DNA of 64,000 bases. Source: Octopus vulgaris. Lineage: Eukaryota. The position numbers and the translations under genes were made by a program. The stretch lies in NCBI GenBank assembly GCA_951406725.2, contig OX597828.1:12214001-12278000 (forward strand). The letters run 5' to 3'. Below, in pieces: positions 27,260 through 41,516 of the stretch (its first letter is position 1; each line of letters opens with the position of its first letter). The notes under the pieces were generated by a model, which saw only the letters and a list, made by a program, of their open reading frames with translations, did not search any database and was not told where the DNA came from.

Positions 27260-28700
27260 GTCAGAATTTGGTTTACAGCAAATTTAATGTTTCAGCTATT
27301 CCATGAGTTGCAACAACGTGACTATGAAAGTTTCGAAATCTAATAATCTTGCAGCTAATTTTGTGTATACTTGTTATATGGGCTTTATTGGAAGCTGAAG
27401 TTTTTCGGATTTTAGCATTTGTTCTATATTTGTTTGGTGGATATTTTGAGGAGAGATATAACTCCAATGGATGAAGGTGGTTGTAGCAACAAACTATATT
27501 CCTTGCACCTTCAAGTGACCTTTTGTTTGCAATATTTTTGTTCAAAAGTGTGATTGATCTGTGAATATGGTTTATGTACACACTGTTATGATTCAAGGTG
27601 CAATGTTTTGCGTCCGTTGTAGTGTAGTCGGCGAACTGTTGTGGGGAGGATGTTGGCTCCTGATAGGGGTACCATAATCAATGATAGATTTAATGTACTA
27701 CTTGTACATTTTTGCCGCCTTCATCTGAAGGTTCAAGACATTAACTGACAGCTCCGTGAATGTTTTTCCATCGTTTATTTTTCCTTTACCATTTTCTGTA
27801 TTGTGAGTGTTATGGTAAGATGTTACACAACTCCCAATATTTGTTTCCTCTGTTTATGTTATATGCGTATATTGTGGAGTGTTATGACTGCTTATATTTA
27901 TTGTTTTCTGGTGTCGTGTAAGCAACGAGACCGTAGATTTGGCAGATGCTACTTTTAAGTTTATTGTGGTGGTTACACATTTCTATATGATTTAAATGGA
28001 GCCGGAGTTCTTGCACAACAGTGTTTAGAGAGTAATGTGAGGATGTGTGCGTGTAATGTCATCTCGGTATCAGACAACTTATATGATTTGGAAAATGTGC
28101 AAAAGTAGTGTTGTATAGGACGGTTCTCTATGAAATTCCATTCCGGAAATTACAAGTTTTGGAAATGCTTGTTCTTATATACAGTCTTGGCAGCCTGACA
28201 AATAATTTTCTAGCCGGTGCTTTGCGTTGATACAAAAAGTAAGGTTTAGTATTTTTACATGTGTGGATAGCAAGTAATGGAATGAAAAACTTTGTTGATG
28301 TTCATGTTAGTTAAACTGATACGTGTGAAGATGGATTTCTGTTTGCACTGTAGAAAACATCTTGTATCTTCAATTAAGTTTCTAACGGAATGGCCTAAAT
28401 CATTTCTATATTTGAAGCAAGAAATGCTTGAGATGCGAGTGATTTACCTTACTAAAAATTTTGAGTTTATGCGTGCATAAGAGGGAGATTGTTGAAGGTG
28501 ATAGCTTTGTATTGCAAATGTATTTTATGTAGACCTGTGACGTTAGGAAGGGAGATAAACGTGATTCCAGATTACATATGTAAATGTTACATGGAATTTT
28601 TGAGGAGATACAGTAAACTTAATAAGATCCCATATAGATTTTAGGATTTGTTTTGTACATATTTGTAAATTCTGCCATTCACCAATGATGTTAAGATGTA
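27260..28700 (-). mobile_element. Highly decayed LINE reverse transcriptase remnant
   Basis: The minus strand gives INKVFHSI, LENYLSG, FRNGIS*RTVL and RDDIT in RT motif order (cf. SKAFDSV, NYLSGR, GVPQG, YADDI). Confidence 0.5.
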
Positions 28701-29129
28701 CGCAGAAAAGTAAAGTTTTGTCCGATTCTTTCTTTCTTTCCTTTTGAAGACTATGGCCTAAAATTTGAAGATGATTTGGATGAAATTTCTAGCGACTTCA
28801 TAGAGGGTATTTTTCCCTTAAACTAGTATTCACCATAGAAATTCCTTTCGGTTCATTATCTGTTTGGGTTTATCACCCTACCTCGCTATTTTATATCGTT
28901 ACTTAAAACATTGAGACTCAAAACACTACTGACAATTCTAATAGAATAAAGAAATTTTAATGAATTAACAATAAAGCCAACATTCTCCTCAGAAATATCA
29001 TAACTCATAGGGTCTCCTTAATCAATATAAATTGTCCTTCGGTATCTATCTCTTTGGGAACCATTGTTTTCGTCCTCACAACATTACCAAATTATGATTT
29101 TGACTCATGCATTTCTGTCTTAATTACAT

Positions 29130-29474
29130 GTTGATAACGATACGCTAACCAATAATCAGTTCCACAGATATTTCAACGGTATAGAAACGGTAACAGCTGG
29201 AAAACTGACGGATAAGGACGCTTCGAGAATTACATGGAATATTGTTGGCAGCACAAGTTCTGGCGATGTTGATATTGAAGAAACAACTGAAGCGCTCCAA
29301 TTGTCCGATGAAGGCATAAGAGAAAGCTTGTTATCTGATGAAGACGTAAAAAGCATTCCAGAGAAACTGTGGGCATATCTGACAATCAAACAGATTCTAA
29401 ATCAAATGACTGCCAGTGACAACCAAACGGAGAAAGATGAGTTGAAGAATCGTGCGATTGAACTGTCCTTAAAG
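29130..29474 (+). pseudogene. ITIH: ITIH-like gene, exon downstream of the VWA domain
   Basis: LTNNQFHRYFNGIETVTAGKL...EKLWAYLTIKQIL...ELKNRAIELSLK|GTAAGA matches the ITIH G.E..VAG.L and ERLWAYLTI..LL...LSLK motifs. No acceptor at the 5' edge of the similarity. Confidence 0.85.
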
Positions 29475-30266
29475 GTAAGACTGGAAACATTACTTACGAT
29501 CTCTTTGTTCAAGAAAGGAATATATTTCAAGAGGTTTATGTCTCTCCCAAGCTTGCCAATTGAGCAATGGATATTAATTGTCATCGAAAGTATAATCGAA
29601 ATAGTGCCCAACGTTCAATTTTACTTCATATGCAATATTGATTAAATTTCAATTTAAATTAATGATACTTTTGTCAAATTGGGTGAACGTTTATACAAGA
29701 TAAGCGGGATGCTGTAACATTAATGCCTACTCTAAAGGCATTAGTGACATAAAAGAATGACAGTAGCATCCTCCGAAAAATGGAGATGGCATCACAGCCT
29801 GGTGGTAGCTTACAATTTATTCTATATATTTGCATGCACACACGTGCGCCTAAGTGAATATGAATGTTCATCATCACTGCGCATTCTCAGTTCCCCCATT
29901 TTCGTTGTGAATGGACGGAGGTGATATGCTTATTGATTTTTGACGTTTGGTATGGAGGACGAAACAATATTTTCTCATTAACCACGAAACTGCAACCGTC
30001 AATGCGACTAGTGTCCTTCCACAAATGGCACATCCTGTGAATCACTTTTGAGCTCGGTGCATATGTTGTTGCTCATTCTTCAAGATTTTTTCTCTGCATT
30101 TCTGGATGGAAATACCTTTCGACATTTTATAAATGGAAGGCACTCTACAAGTGTAATTGCAATAGAAGGAATTACATGGCTACCAATTATCATTATCGTA
30201 ACAAACCCCAAGGAAATAACAATGTTCTATGTTCTAGCACAAAATCCGCTTTTAAGTGGGGATGAA

Positions 30267-30305
<39 letters not shown>

Positions 30306-30596
30306 TACTACTACTAGTATTATTATTATTATTATTATTATTACTATTATTATTATTATCATCATCATCATCATCATCATCATCATTACTATTAGTATTC
30401 GTTTTCCTTCATTCAGTTTTGCTTCCATTTCTTGCCAAGTGTCATCTCGACTCCTAGGGCAAAGAAACTCGTTGTATACACTGATTGATCATTAAATTAA
30501 GCACATCAGATTGTTCATTTTCAAAATGAAATGAAGTTATGTTGGGGGAAAATTAGAATGTATGAGTGGTAATCGCTCTCATACCAACTATGCTCA

Positions 30597-30630
<34 letters not shown>

Positions 30631-31163
30631 GAGTGAGAGCGCAGTGCATGCCGTCAAAAGGACAGTGGGCTAAAGCTTACGAAGCCCAGTATACCCATCA
30701 TGAGTACCGGTGTGATGAAGGTACGCCAGGCACATGTATCACAACCATATGTGCCCGATATGGCGCTCTCATATCAAGATATAGAGCGCATTACGTTTCA
30801 GGTTAGACCCATTTAGAATTTTCTTCAGGTTGAGTGGCCCATCCCGCTCAAAAGGGTCCCTGAATAAGGGTTAAAGGATGATATACGAAACAACCATGCT
30901 TCCAGAGGTGAATTATTCCAACCCCAAAGAATTCCTCTGGACACATAGCTATAATGCTCCCAACTACTTCTGCTCGTGATCAAAGACGCACATATCTTCA
31001 GCCACTAAGGGACATGCTCAACTACTTAAGGTCAAGCAACTAACAAGCAAATCTGTAGTACTGAACAGAGTATTTGCTGTAGCCCATTTTTACACCAAGA
31101 CAAAGCATGTACATATATTTCCAATCAATGAAGATTAGAAGCCATTGGAACCAATGTCTGGTA
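30631..31163. mobile_element. (AAT)n-flanked ~560-bp element, copy 2
   Basis: Reverse complement of 56-614, more diverged. Confidence 0.8.
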
Positions 31164-31169
31164 TTATTG

Positions 31170-31262
<93 letters not shown>

Positions 31263-32510
31263 TAATAATAATAATTTATGAATTTATTTCTTTTCATAAA
31301 TACGTATATGTTATTGTTTTAGTTCAAAGCTTAATTCTCGGTTGTTGGCAATCTCTAAATGCAATATTGAAATATTAAGTGCAAGAATTAATAGAAAATA
31401 TGTACGACGAGATATATCATTATCATTATGAAAAAAAATCATAAATATATTATCTCAACCAAACATTTCTGCGTAGAAAATTGTATGTTTTAACACAACA
31501 CTCCTTTCCTCGTTTAGATCAGTTTATAATGCATTAGTTATAATTGACGGTATTAACTATATTGCCTAACGCTTTTCTCTTCATTAAATGCCAAAAATTA
31601 TATGGTGTCAGTAAAGAATACATTTTCTTCATATTTTAAGGCACGGATTGAAATAACTTTACATTTTTATACATTATATAATTATCGGTTGCGCTGGTTA
31701 AAGATTTTCTAAAATAAAATCGCGTTTTTTTTTTTTTGTTATTTTATTTTTTTGTAATTCCTCATGCCCAGTAAGGGTTACGATTCTATAAAACTATTCG
31801 AAAATCGATTAAACAAACTTCAAGTCGGCTGACATTTTTTTGCATTAAAAAAAAGCAACGCAATTCTAAGCTAATAATTAATGATTATAGAGGAAAAGAG
31901 TGATGATTCGGCATCACTCCAAATGCCATAGAGTATTTAGCTATTAAATTCATGTTTTGTTTTCATGGATACAAATGGCGTTCAATCATTATATTTTCCC
32001 TCTACTAATGTTTTTGATTGTATCAGTATAAAGAAAGAACAGTACCTTTATTCTTGTTTAATACTGTGGTATCTAGATTGAAATTTCAGCAGATAGAACT
32101 TAAAAGATAATGACAAAAGATGAAATATACTGTTTGAAACAAATAAATTCGGCCCGTCCTCCTTTCTTATTCTGGTTTGCTTGTATATAATAACTGCACC
32201 TTTACACGAAAAGCTATTCTCTTATGGAGTCTCCTTGACTTTAGAGACATACATTATAATCTTGAGCGCAGACAACTAGATACTACAGCAACGGGGCTTT
32301 GGAGTAAACAGTACTCCGTAGAACCCAATTAGTAATCAAGTTTCATGGAACCTACTTATCTTACAGAGGATGGTTACTATTGCAGTAAGCAGAACTTTCA
32401 GAATGAAGGTGAATTTTGACACTAATTGCTCATTTTACTAATTCTTTGTAATGATTGCTCTAAAGCTCTCTGTTCTAATTCCTAAGGTATTTTCGGTGTA
32501 ATTATTATTA

Positions 32511-33070
32511 TGTGAGAGAGCAGTGCATGCCATCAAAGTGACACTGGGGTAAAATATACGACGCCCAGTATACCCATCATGACTACCCGTCTGATAAGGG
32601 TACACTAGGTACATGCATCACAACCATATGTGCGCGATATGGTGATCTCATATCAAGATAAACAACGCATGACCTTGCAGGTGGGGTCCAGTTAGAATTT
32701 TCTTCTAACCGAGTAACACATCCCACTCAAAAGGTCCTTGAATAATGGTTGTTTAAAGGTGTTGAACGAAACATCCATGTTTCCAGAGGTGAATTATTCA
32801 AACTCCAAAGAATCCCTCTCAACCCATGGCTATGATGCTCCCCCACTACTTCTGCTCGTGATCAGAGATGCATATATCGTCAGTCACTAATAAGGGACAT
32901 GGTCAACCGGTTAAGATCAAATAACTGACAAGCAAATCTGTGGTATTGAGCAGAATATTTGCTGTAGCCCATCTTTTATACCAAGACAAAATAATGTACA
33001 TGATAACACTTCCAATCAATTAAGATCAGAAGCCATGAAAGCCACTGCCTGGTACTGCATTAGGGCATTT
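32511..33070. mobile_element. (AAT)n-flanked ~560-bp element, copy 3
   Basis: Reverse complement of 56-614. Confidence 0.8.
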
Positions 33071-33079
33071 ATTATTATT

Positions 33080-33162
33080 ATTGTTCAGGTCACTGCTAGG
33101 ATTCGAAGTCGGAATCTTGGGGCTAGTAGGCCGAGCTCTTAACCACTACGCCATATGCCCGT
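33080..33162 (-). mobile_element. Short tRNA-derived SINE ending in (AAT)n
   Basis: Minus strand has A-box TGGCGTAGTGG and B-box-like TTCGAATCC, but no complete acceptor stem. Confidence 0.55.
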
Positions 33163-33195
33163 GGAATGAGAACCCAGGTTCGAAATTTCCCCAAT

Positions 33196-33239
33196 ACACT
33201 CGAAGAAGGCTGAAGGGTATATCAGCCGAAATGTTGTGT
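33196..33239 (+). ncRNA. Degenerate hammerhead-like motif
   Basis: ACAC-TCGAAGA-A-GGCTGA...TCAGCC-GAAATGTT-GTGT; the core is mutated. Confidence 0.45.
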
Positions 33240-33994
33240 TAACAACAAACAAGATGAGGACAGATATCTGTTGAATGTAAATAATGCAGAAATATTTTTA
33301 ACGATAGAAACAGTACTATTTTTAGGATGATTTGAGCTTTTACTTACGTATTTAAGGTTATCATTGGGTTTGTGGAACAGTTGATATTCTTTCGTTAGAT
33401 AAGCACGAGTTTCTCGTTGCGAATATTAATGCTTTATCAGATAAAATTGGGTTAATCGATGCATATTAAGTAGATATGTCTAATTTTATGAATTTAGTGT
33501 GTTTTTTATCCTTAATATAAGTAAACCAATCTATAACTTCATACACATTGGGACCATAATTTAACTCTCAATTTCTAAGTTTAGGTATGTGTTTTTCAAT
33601 AATAAACTTACTAATTCTGCCTACATCCGATTTTGAAGGCCATATAAACCTAACCAAAAGATTGGTAGTCATGTTAGACTTATGGTCCTTCAGATGAATT
33701 CTAGGAGTTCTATGAAAGTAAGGTTCTGTTCTGTTTTCTAAATGCAATCTCTATATGGTTTTTTTTTTTTTTGCTTTTTTTTACCTGTAAATTTCCATTT
33801 TGTAGGATATTTTTAGAAGTAACCTTATAATTTTTCAGGATTTTTTTCCTCATTAAAGAGGAATATAGATTATTGTCAATAAAAACCGGATTTGTATTCC
33901 AAGAGTTTTTATACACACACTCACACACACTTACACACATACACACACGCACACACACAAACACACAGACACACATATATATATTCTTTTTTTA

Positions 33995-34300
33995 TTCTTT
34001 TATTCTTTTCCTTGTTCAGTCATTTGAACACCGCCTTGAAGGGTTTTAGCCGATCAAACTGACACCAGGACTTATTTCCTTAAGCCTAGTACTTATTCTA
34101 TCGGTTCTTTTGCCAAACCCCTAGTTTAAGGGGACGTAAACACACCAGCACCGGTTGTCAAACGTTGATGGCGTGGCAAGAACAGACACAAACACAAAAA
34201 CACATCGATATATACATACATATACATACGATGGGCTTCTTTCAGTTCGTCTACCGAATCCAGTCACAAGGTTTTGGGTCGATCCGAGGCAATAGTAGAA
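33995..34300 (-). mobile_element. SINE family A, 5'-truncated
   Basis: Reverse complement of the family A body and tail. Confidence 0.75.
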
Positions 34301-35236
34301 GGCACGTTATTGAACGTGACAGTTTGTACGTATTTTACTTTCAATGCACACAGCCAGTCTACTTATGACATACACTGCTTTAAAACTTTTCTTTTCTTGT
34401 TTCATTTATCTTAAAAGAAAATAATCAGCTTGAATCATTTAACATATTGTTATTTCGTTTTTGTATTTGGTTTGCAAGATTCTTTATATGATTCCGTGTG
34501 TTGAAGCTTATTCTGTTGTGTCTGGGGAGAGTCATTTTCTGTTTGTGCCTTATAATTTAACACACACACCGGTAAAATTTCCACTTATTTTTTATTTTTA
34601 GTTTCCTAAAATTTTCTTTGCGTCTTGCAACCTTTTCAATTGTCTTATTGTTTCTAATAAAAAATAAATTATTTGCTTCTAACTGATGTGCATTATAACA
34701 ATCATATATGTGTGTATGCATGCATGTATGTATGGATATATGTATGTATGCATGTATGTGTGAATGTATGTGTGTATGTATACACGACAAATACTAATTA
34801 TAATTTTTCAATGTTTTCTTTTCAGTGAAACAGAAACCTCCGCTTGGAGGCATGTATGAAAACATATATATCTTAAATAGTTTTTAAATATTTTTCTCTA
34901 GTGACATTCTCTTCCGTATTTTTTCTTTTGTTTCTACAAAAGTAGTTCATACAATTTCATCATTAGTTTTAAATACGTTTTAAAAGAGCTTTTCCGCCTG
35001 AAATTCTCATTACAGCATTAAACAAAACATATTAAATGTTATTTCATTCCGCAAGACACAATCAAATGAATCTGCTGGTTAAAGGGGAATTATTTCTGTA
35101 TTGGAATGAAGAAAAAAGAAAACGACTATTTCCGTAAGGAAATTCCTATTTTGCATCTAACTGGGAAAATAACAAGACTGCACCATGGTAATTGCATTAA
35201 CATTTGTTTTTCTTATATGCATATATAACTATAAAC

Positions 35237-35289
<53 letters not shown>

Positions 35290-35612
35290 TATGTATATGT
35301 GTGTATATATAAATATATATATATGCATATGTCTGTGATTGTACAAACACACAGACGTAAACCTATACATACCTTTATATAGACATGCATTTTTGTAAAT
35401 ATGCATGCACACACACATGCATACATATATATATAGACATGCGCATATATGTGCCTGTGTGTGTGTGCTACGTTTGCATATTATATTTATGTATATACGT
35501 GTGTGTATATGTATATATATGTATATATATGTATGTATATATATATTTGTATGTATGTATATTTGTATGTATGTATTTATGTATATATGTATATATATAT
35601 ATTTGTATTATG

Positions 35613-35674
<62 letters not shown>

Positions 35675-35751
35675 TACATCAATACAAATATACATACATA
35701 CAAATATATATATATACATAAATACATACATACATACAAATATACATACAT

Positions 35752-35787
<36 letters not shown>

Positions 35788-37056
35788 CCGTTTCCTTAAA
35801 GCCAGTAAGAAACACCGATCAGTTATATGTAAATGAAACCAAGGAAATTTAGTTAGTGTAAGATGTTAATTAGGTATGAATTGCACCATCTTAAGTAGAT
35901 ATTCCAATGTACTAAGAACGAAAATGATGACATCAAACAGATGAAAGTATTCACAAGTTAAAAGTTGCCAAGAATCAGTGTCAGATGATACTTTAGAAAT
36001 ATTAATATTACATGTTTTCCAAGTAATAACTTAAACTTTATCCTGAAAAAAATTCTTACAATTTTTTGTATTTTCTATTTTAACCGATTTGTATCAGTAT
36101 CGCAAATCCGAATGAGTTGGCAAGAGATAATCTTTGAATTCTCGACGATATTCGTAAAAAAATTATTACGTTTTTAATATGTTGTTTGTCTGTTTAAATG
36201 GGGTACATCATTCTGAGTTTAAAAAAAAACATATTCACGTCATTTTGATAAATGTTTAAGAAAAACCTCCCAACAGGTTTATGCCATTTCAAAAACCCTT
36301 TGTACTTGCTTGAAAGGAATAATGAGAATTCACTTGTTACCTGTCGAAAACCTGTGGTTATAAATCATTCAGCCACTTGGTAAACACCATTATATGGTTA
36401 AGTGATTAACTACAGCATGAAACAAACTAATGATTGTATTTCTGGAATATTCTGGTATATTTCAAATTATCTGAAGTTGAGTTACGTCCCGAGAGAGTCA
36501 TTATGACAATAATAATCACACACATTGTTTCAATTTCCCTTCTTTAATGTTATATGTCAATTGGTTAGCTATCAAATCAATTAACTAATTGGATGTTTGA
36601 TTAATTATTCGGTAAACCAATGGATCAGTTGTATTTACCAAAGTCCTTTTGTCACCATTCGTGACCTCTTCAATGGCTTACTGTCCCTACTCTAGGTCAG
36701 CATAAACCGAATGATTAACCAAACAATTAATTGGAATACAATTCTCTAATTGGTTTAGCTCATTCACGGCGTTCATGCTGGGGCACTTCGTTCAAGAGAT
36801 TTATCGACCATATTCACTCCATTTTTTCTAGAGCATTATTTATAATTCATCAACCACTATTTGTCGAACAGCTAATCTGCAAGTCGTAACCTTAAGTATT
36901 GGCTTAGACATGCGCGCACACGGAGGCATATATACATACATATGAGTGTGTGTGTGTGTTTATGTGTGTGTGTATGCGTAAGTGCGTATGATACACGTAC
37001 ACACAGATATATACATAATACATACATACATGCAGACAGCTATATATATATATATA

Positions 37057-37285
37057 ACGGGAAGCTTTATGAAAATAGACAAAAGACGAAGGCAGGTTTA
37101 CGGAAATAAACAAAAGACGAAGGCAGGTGGAATACAAACAAACAATTGTATTAGTATGGCGCTCAGGAAATATAAATAAAACAAGTCTTTAACGTTTCGA
37201 GCCTACGCTCTTCAACAGAAAGATACACAGAGAAGAAACACAGAAAGAAGGAGAGAAAAAATGCGTGCAGAGGCTAGCGAATCAA
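37057..37285 (-). mobile_element. Hammerhead-bearing repeat ending at (TA)n; same family as 62330-62492
   Basis: Minus strand 37186-37223: TCTTT-CTGTTGA-A-GAGC-GTAG-GCTC-GAAACGTT-AAAGA. Flanks are shared with 62330-62492. Confidence 0.65.
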
Positions 37286-37504
37286 CATGACGATCTGATT
37301 TCGGCCAGAAGTCAAAGATCAAACGTGAGACACAAGAGCGAAATTAGGGGAGATAATAGGGTTAAATGACCTCGCTCCAACATAAGAGTGTGTGTGTGTG
37401 TATGAGAAGAGTGTGTGTGTGTGTATGAGAGAGTATTAGTGCGTATGAAAGGTCTGGACGTGTGTATGTATATATGATGTGTTGTGTAAAGTCGTATGGT
37501 GTAG

Positions 37505-37905
37505 TGTAGAGAGAGGAGATGAGGGAAGAGGGGGAGGGAAGGGGGAGAGAGGGGGGGAGGGGAGAAGAAAGGAGAGGAGAAGAGGAGGGGAGAGAAGGGG
37601 GAGAAGGAAGGAGAGGAGAAGAGGAGGGGAGAGGAGGGGAGAGGAGGGGAGAGGAGGGGAGAGGAGGAGGGAGGATAGAGGGAAAGAGGGAGAGAGAGAG
37701 AGAAGGGGAATGAGGGAGCAGAGAGAAAGAGGGAAGGGGAAGAGGGAAGAAGGAGGGAGGGAGAAAGAAGGAAGAAGGGAAGAAGAGTAGGGGTGAAAGG
37801 ATGAAGGACTGAAGAGAAGTAGGGGTCGGGGGAGGTTAGATGAGAAGGGGGAGATGGGGTTAGATGAGGAGGGGAGAGAGGTGTTAGATGAGGAGGGGGA
37901 GAGAG
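37505..37905 (+). repeat. Polypurine (GA/GGA-rich) low-complexity tract
   Basis: Read directly from the sequence. Confidence 0.9.
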
Positions 37906-38031
37906 TTGAGACCAAATGGCGTATAAGAGCGAAGAGAGAAGTTTAATTCCTGTTCACGGCGCAAAAGAATATATATATATATATATATATACATACATAC
38001 ATACATATATATGTGTGTGTGTGTGTGTGCG

Positions 38032-38343
38032 TGAAGGCGCGTAGCTTAGTGGTTAGGGCATTCGGATCGCGATTGTAAGGTCGTGAGTTCAATACCCGGC
38101 GAAGTGTTTTGTCCTTGAACAAGACAGTTTATTTCACCTTGCTGCAGTCCACTCAGCTGACAAAAAGGAGTTGTACCTGTATTTCAAAGGGCCAGCCTTG
38201 TCACACTCTGTGTCACACTCAATCTCCCTGAGAACTACGTTAGGGGTACACAAGTCTGTGGATTGCTCACGTTAATTTCAAGAGCAATCTGTCCCGTTGA
38301 TCGTATCAGCTGGGACTCTCGTCGTCGCACCCGACGGAGTGCT
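38032..38343 (+). mobile_element. tRNA-derived SINE family C, full length
   Basis: A-box TAGCTTAGTGG and B-box GAGTTCAATACC. The body recurs at ~15765-15990 (minus) and 45005-45182. Confidence 0.8.
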
Positions 38344-38742
38344 AGTGATATATATATATATATAAAGATAGTCGTTTTTTTCAATTTCAAAGAATGCTTT
38401 ATCGATCGCATTCTCACCTGGAATCGATATTTGTAATGTTTTCAAGACTTATACACGCCCTGATATCGTCGGTATCTACACATCAAATTTGACCTGTTCA
38501 CTGACAGCACAGAATTTTGACAGTGAACAGGTCACGGACTCAAAGCGACGAAAATATTTTGACAAATCAAATTTAAAGGAAGTGAATCTAACAGATTTTA
38601 AGTGCTTCTTAAATGGCTTATAAGCATCTTCCGCGCTGCAATTGTTTATGTATATATATATAATTTGGAAGAAATTGGCTTGTAGAAACTCGTGCATTTG
38701 TATCCATATATATATGCAGGTATGTATTTATATACATATATT

Positions 38743-38811
<69 letters not shown>

Positions 38812-38899
38812 TCATATATATATGTATATATATATATATACATATATACATATATATATATATATAAATACATATATATATATATATATAATATATATA

Positions 38900-39550
<651 letters not shown>

Positions 39551-39711
39551 TAATTATGAATTTTCTGGTTGATTCCGTAATGGAATCGGCGGCTTATATT
39601 TATTTGCTACCGATAAATTTGGCGCGAGTGCGATGATTTGAAAATTTTAGGTCAGATATTGCCGAGGCAGGGACGGAAATGCCTCGTGAAAATATCTGTT
39701 CCGTTCTGGCT

Positions 39712-39818
39712 ATTTCTTACTGAGGAATCTAAGGGCCTATGGAAGATTGGCTTGATTTAATTTAATCAGGTTAGTTTACCATTAAACAGTAGATGAAACG
39801 GTGCATCGTATAAGAAAT
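39712..39818 (+). ncRNA. Type I hammerhead ribozyme, unit 1 (predicted cut after 39810)
   Basis: Stem I ATTTCTTA/TAAGAAAT; core CTGAGGA; stem II ATCTA/TAGAT; GAAA; stem III ACGGT-GC-ATCGT; GTA triplet. Confidence 0.88.
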
Positions 39819-40202
39819 TACAGGGTAAATGTTTTTTTAATTTTCTCCTGGTTTACGGAATTAATGTTATTTTGCGGTTAAAGCTTTGGCTGTTATTTCT
39901 AGTGGGTGAATGGCCTATTATGGCCGTTCCTTGATTGTGATGTTGAACTTATAAATGGTCTATGACTATTTAATTTTTTCCCACTAGGCCGCTGGTGGCA
40001 AAAAAATTCTACAAAATTTTTTTTTGCCACCCTATATTGATTAATTATGAATTTTCTGGTTGATTCCGTAATGGAATCGGCGGCTTATATTTATTTGCTG
40101 CCGATAAATTTGGCGCGAGTGCGATGATTTGAAAATTTTAGGTCAGATATTGCCGAGGCAGGGACGGAAATGCCTCGTGAAAATATCTGTTCCGTTCTGG
40201 CT

Positions 40203-40309
40203 ATTTCTTACTGAGGAATCTAAGGGCCTATGGAAGATTGGCTTGATTTAATTTAATCAGGTTAGTTTACCATTAAACAGTAGATGAAACGGTGCATCGT
40301 ATAAGAAAT
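40203..40309 (+). ncRNA. Type I hammerhead ribozyme, unit 2 (predicted cut after 40301)
   Basis: Identical motif to unit 1. Confidence 0.88.
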
Positions 40310-40692
40310 TACAGGGTAAATGTTTTTTTAATTTTCTCCTGGTTTACGGAATTAATGTTATTTTGCGGTTAAAGCTTTGGCTGTTATTTCTAGTGGGTGA
40401 ATGGCCTATTATGGCCGTTCCTTGATTGTGATGTTGAACTTATAAATGGTCTATGACTATTTAATTTTTTCCCACTAGGCCGCTGGTGGCAAAAAATTCT
40501 ACAAAATATTTTTTTGCCACCCTATATTGATTAATTATGAATTTTCTGGTTGATTCCGTAATGGAATCGGCGGCTTATATTTATTTGCTGCCGATAAATT
40601 TGGCGCGAGTGCGATGATTTGAAAATTTTAGGTCAGATATTGCCGAGGCAGGGACGGAAATGCCTCGTGAAAATATCTGTTCCGTTCTGGCT

Positions 40693-40799
40693 ATTTCTTA
40701 CTGAGGAATCTAAGGGCCTATGGAAGATTGGCTTGATTTAATTTAATCAGGTTAGTTTACCATTAAACAGTAGATGAAACGGTGCATCGTATAAGAAAT
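40693..40799 (+). ncRNA. Type I hammerhead ribozyme, unit 3 (predicted cut after 40791)
   Basis: Identical motif to unit 1. Confidence 0.88.
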
Positions 40800-41184
40800 T
40801 ACAGGGTAAATGTTTTTTTAATTTTCTCCTGGTTTACGGAATTAATGTTATTTTGCGGTTAAAGCTTTGGCTGTTATTTCTAGTGGGTGAATGGCCTATT
40901 ATGGCCGTTCCTTGATTGTGATGTTGAACTTATAAATGGTCTATGACTATTTAATTTTTTCCCACTAGGCCGCTGGTGGCAAAAAAATTCTACAAAATTT
41001 TTTTTTTGCCACCCTATATTGATTAATTATGAATTTTCTGGTTGATTCCGTAATGGAATCGGCGGCTTATATTTATTTGCTGCCGATAAATTTGGCGCGA
41101 GTGCGATGATTTGAAAATTTTAGGTCAGATATTGCCGAGGCAGGGACGGAAATGCCTCGTGAAAATATCTGTTCCGTTCTGGCT

Positions 41185-41291
41185 ATTTCTTACTGAGGAA
41201 TCTAAGGGCCTATGGAAGATTGGCTTGATTTAATTTAATCAGGTTAGTTTACCATTAAACAGTAGATGAAACGGTGCATCGTATAAGAAAT
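41185..41291 (+). ncRNA. Type I hammerhead ribozyme, unit 4 (predicted cut after 41283)
   Basis: Identical motif to unit 1. Confidence 0.88.
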
Positions 41292-41516
41292 TACAGGGTA
41301 AATGTTTTTTTAATTTTCTCCTGGTTTACGGAATTAATGTTATTTTGCGGTTAAAGCTTTGGCTGTTATTTCTAGTGGGTGAATGGCCTATTATGGCCGT
41401 TCCTTGATTGTGATGTTGAACTTATAAATGGTCTATGACTATTTAATTTTTTCCCACTAGGCCGCTGGTGGCAAAAAAAATTCTACAAAATTTTTTTTTT
41501 TGCCACCCTATATTGA

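Noticed and set aside
30170-30260. IIIVTNPKE as the ITIH 'SMVVTKP' exon
   Set aside because: The FVTPLTS core and a convincing acceptor are absent.
32589-32600. CTGATAAG in the AAT-flanked element as a hammerhead core
   Set aside because: Not CUGANGA, and no matching stem II-GAAA-stem III arrangement was found.
37436-37915. Pro/Ser/Leu-rich and Gly/Arg/Glu-rich ORFs
   Set aside because: Products of a polypurine low-complexity tract.
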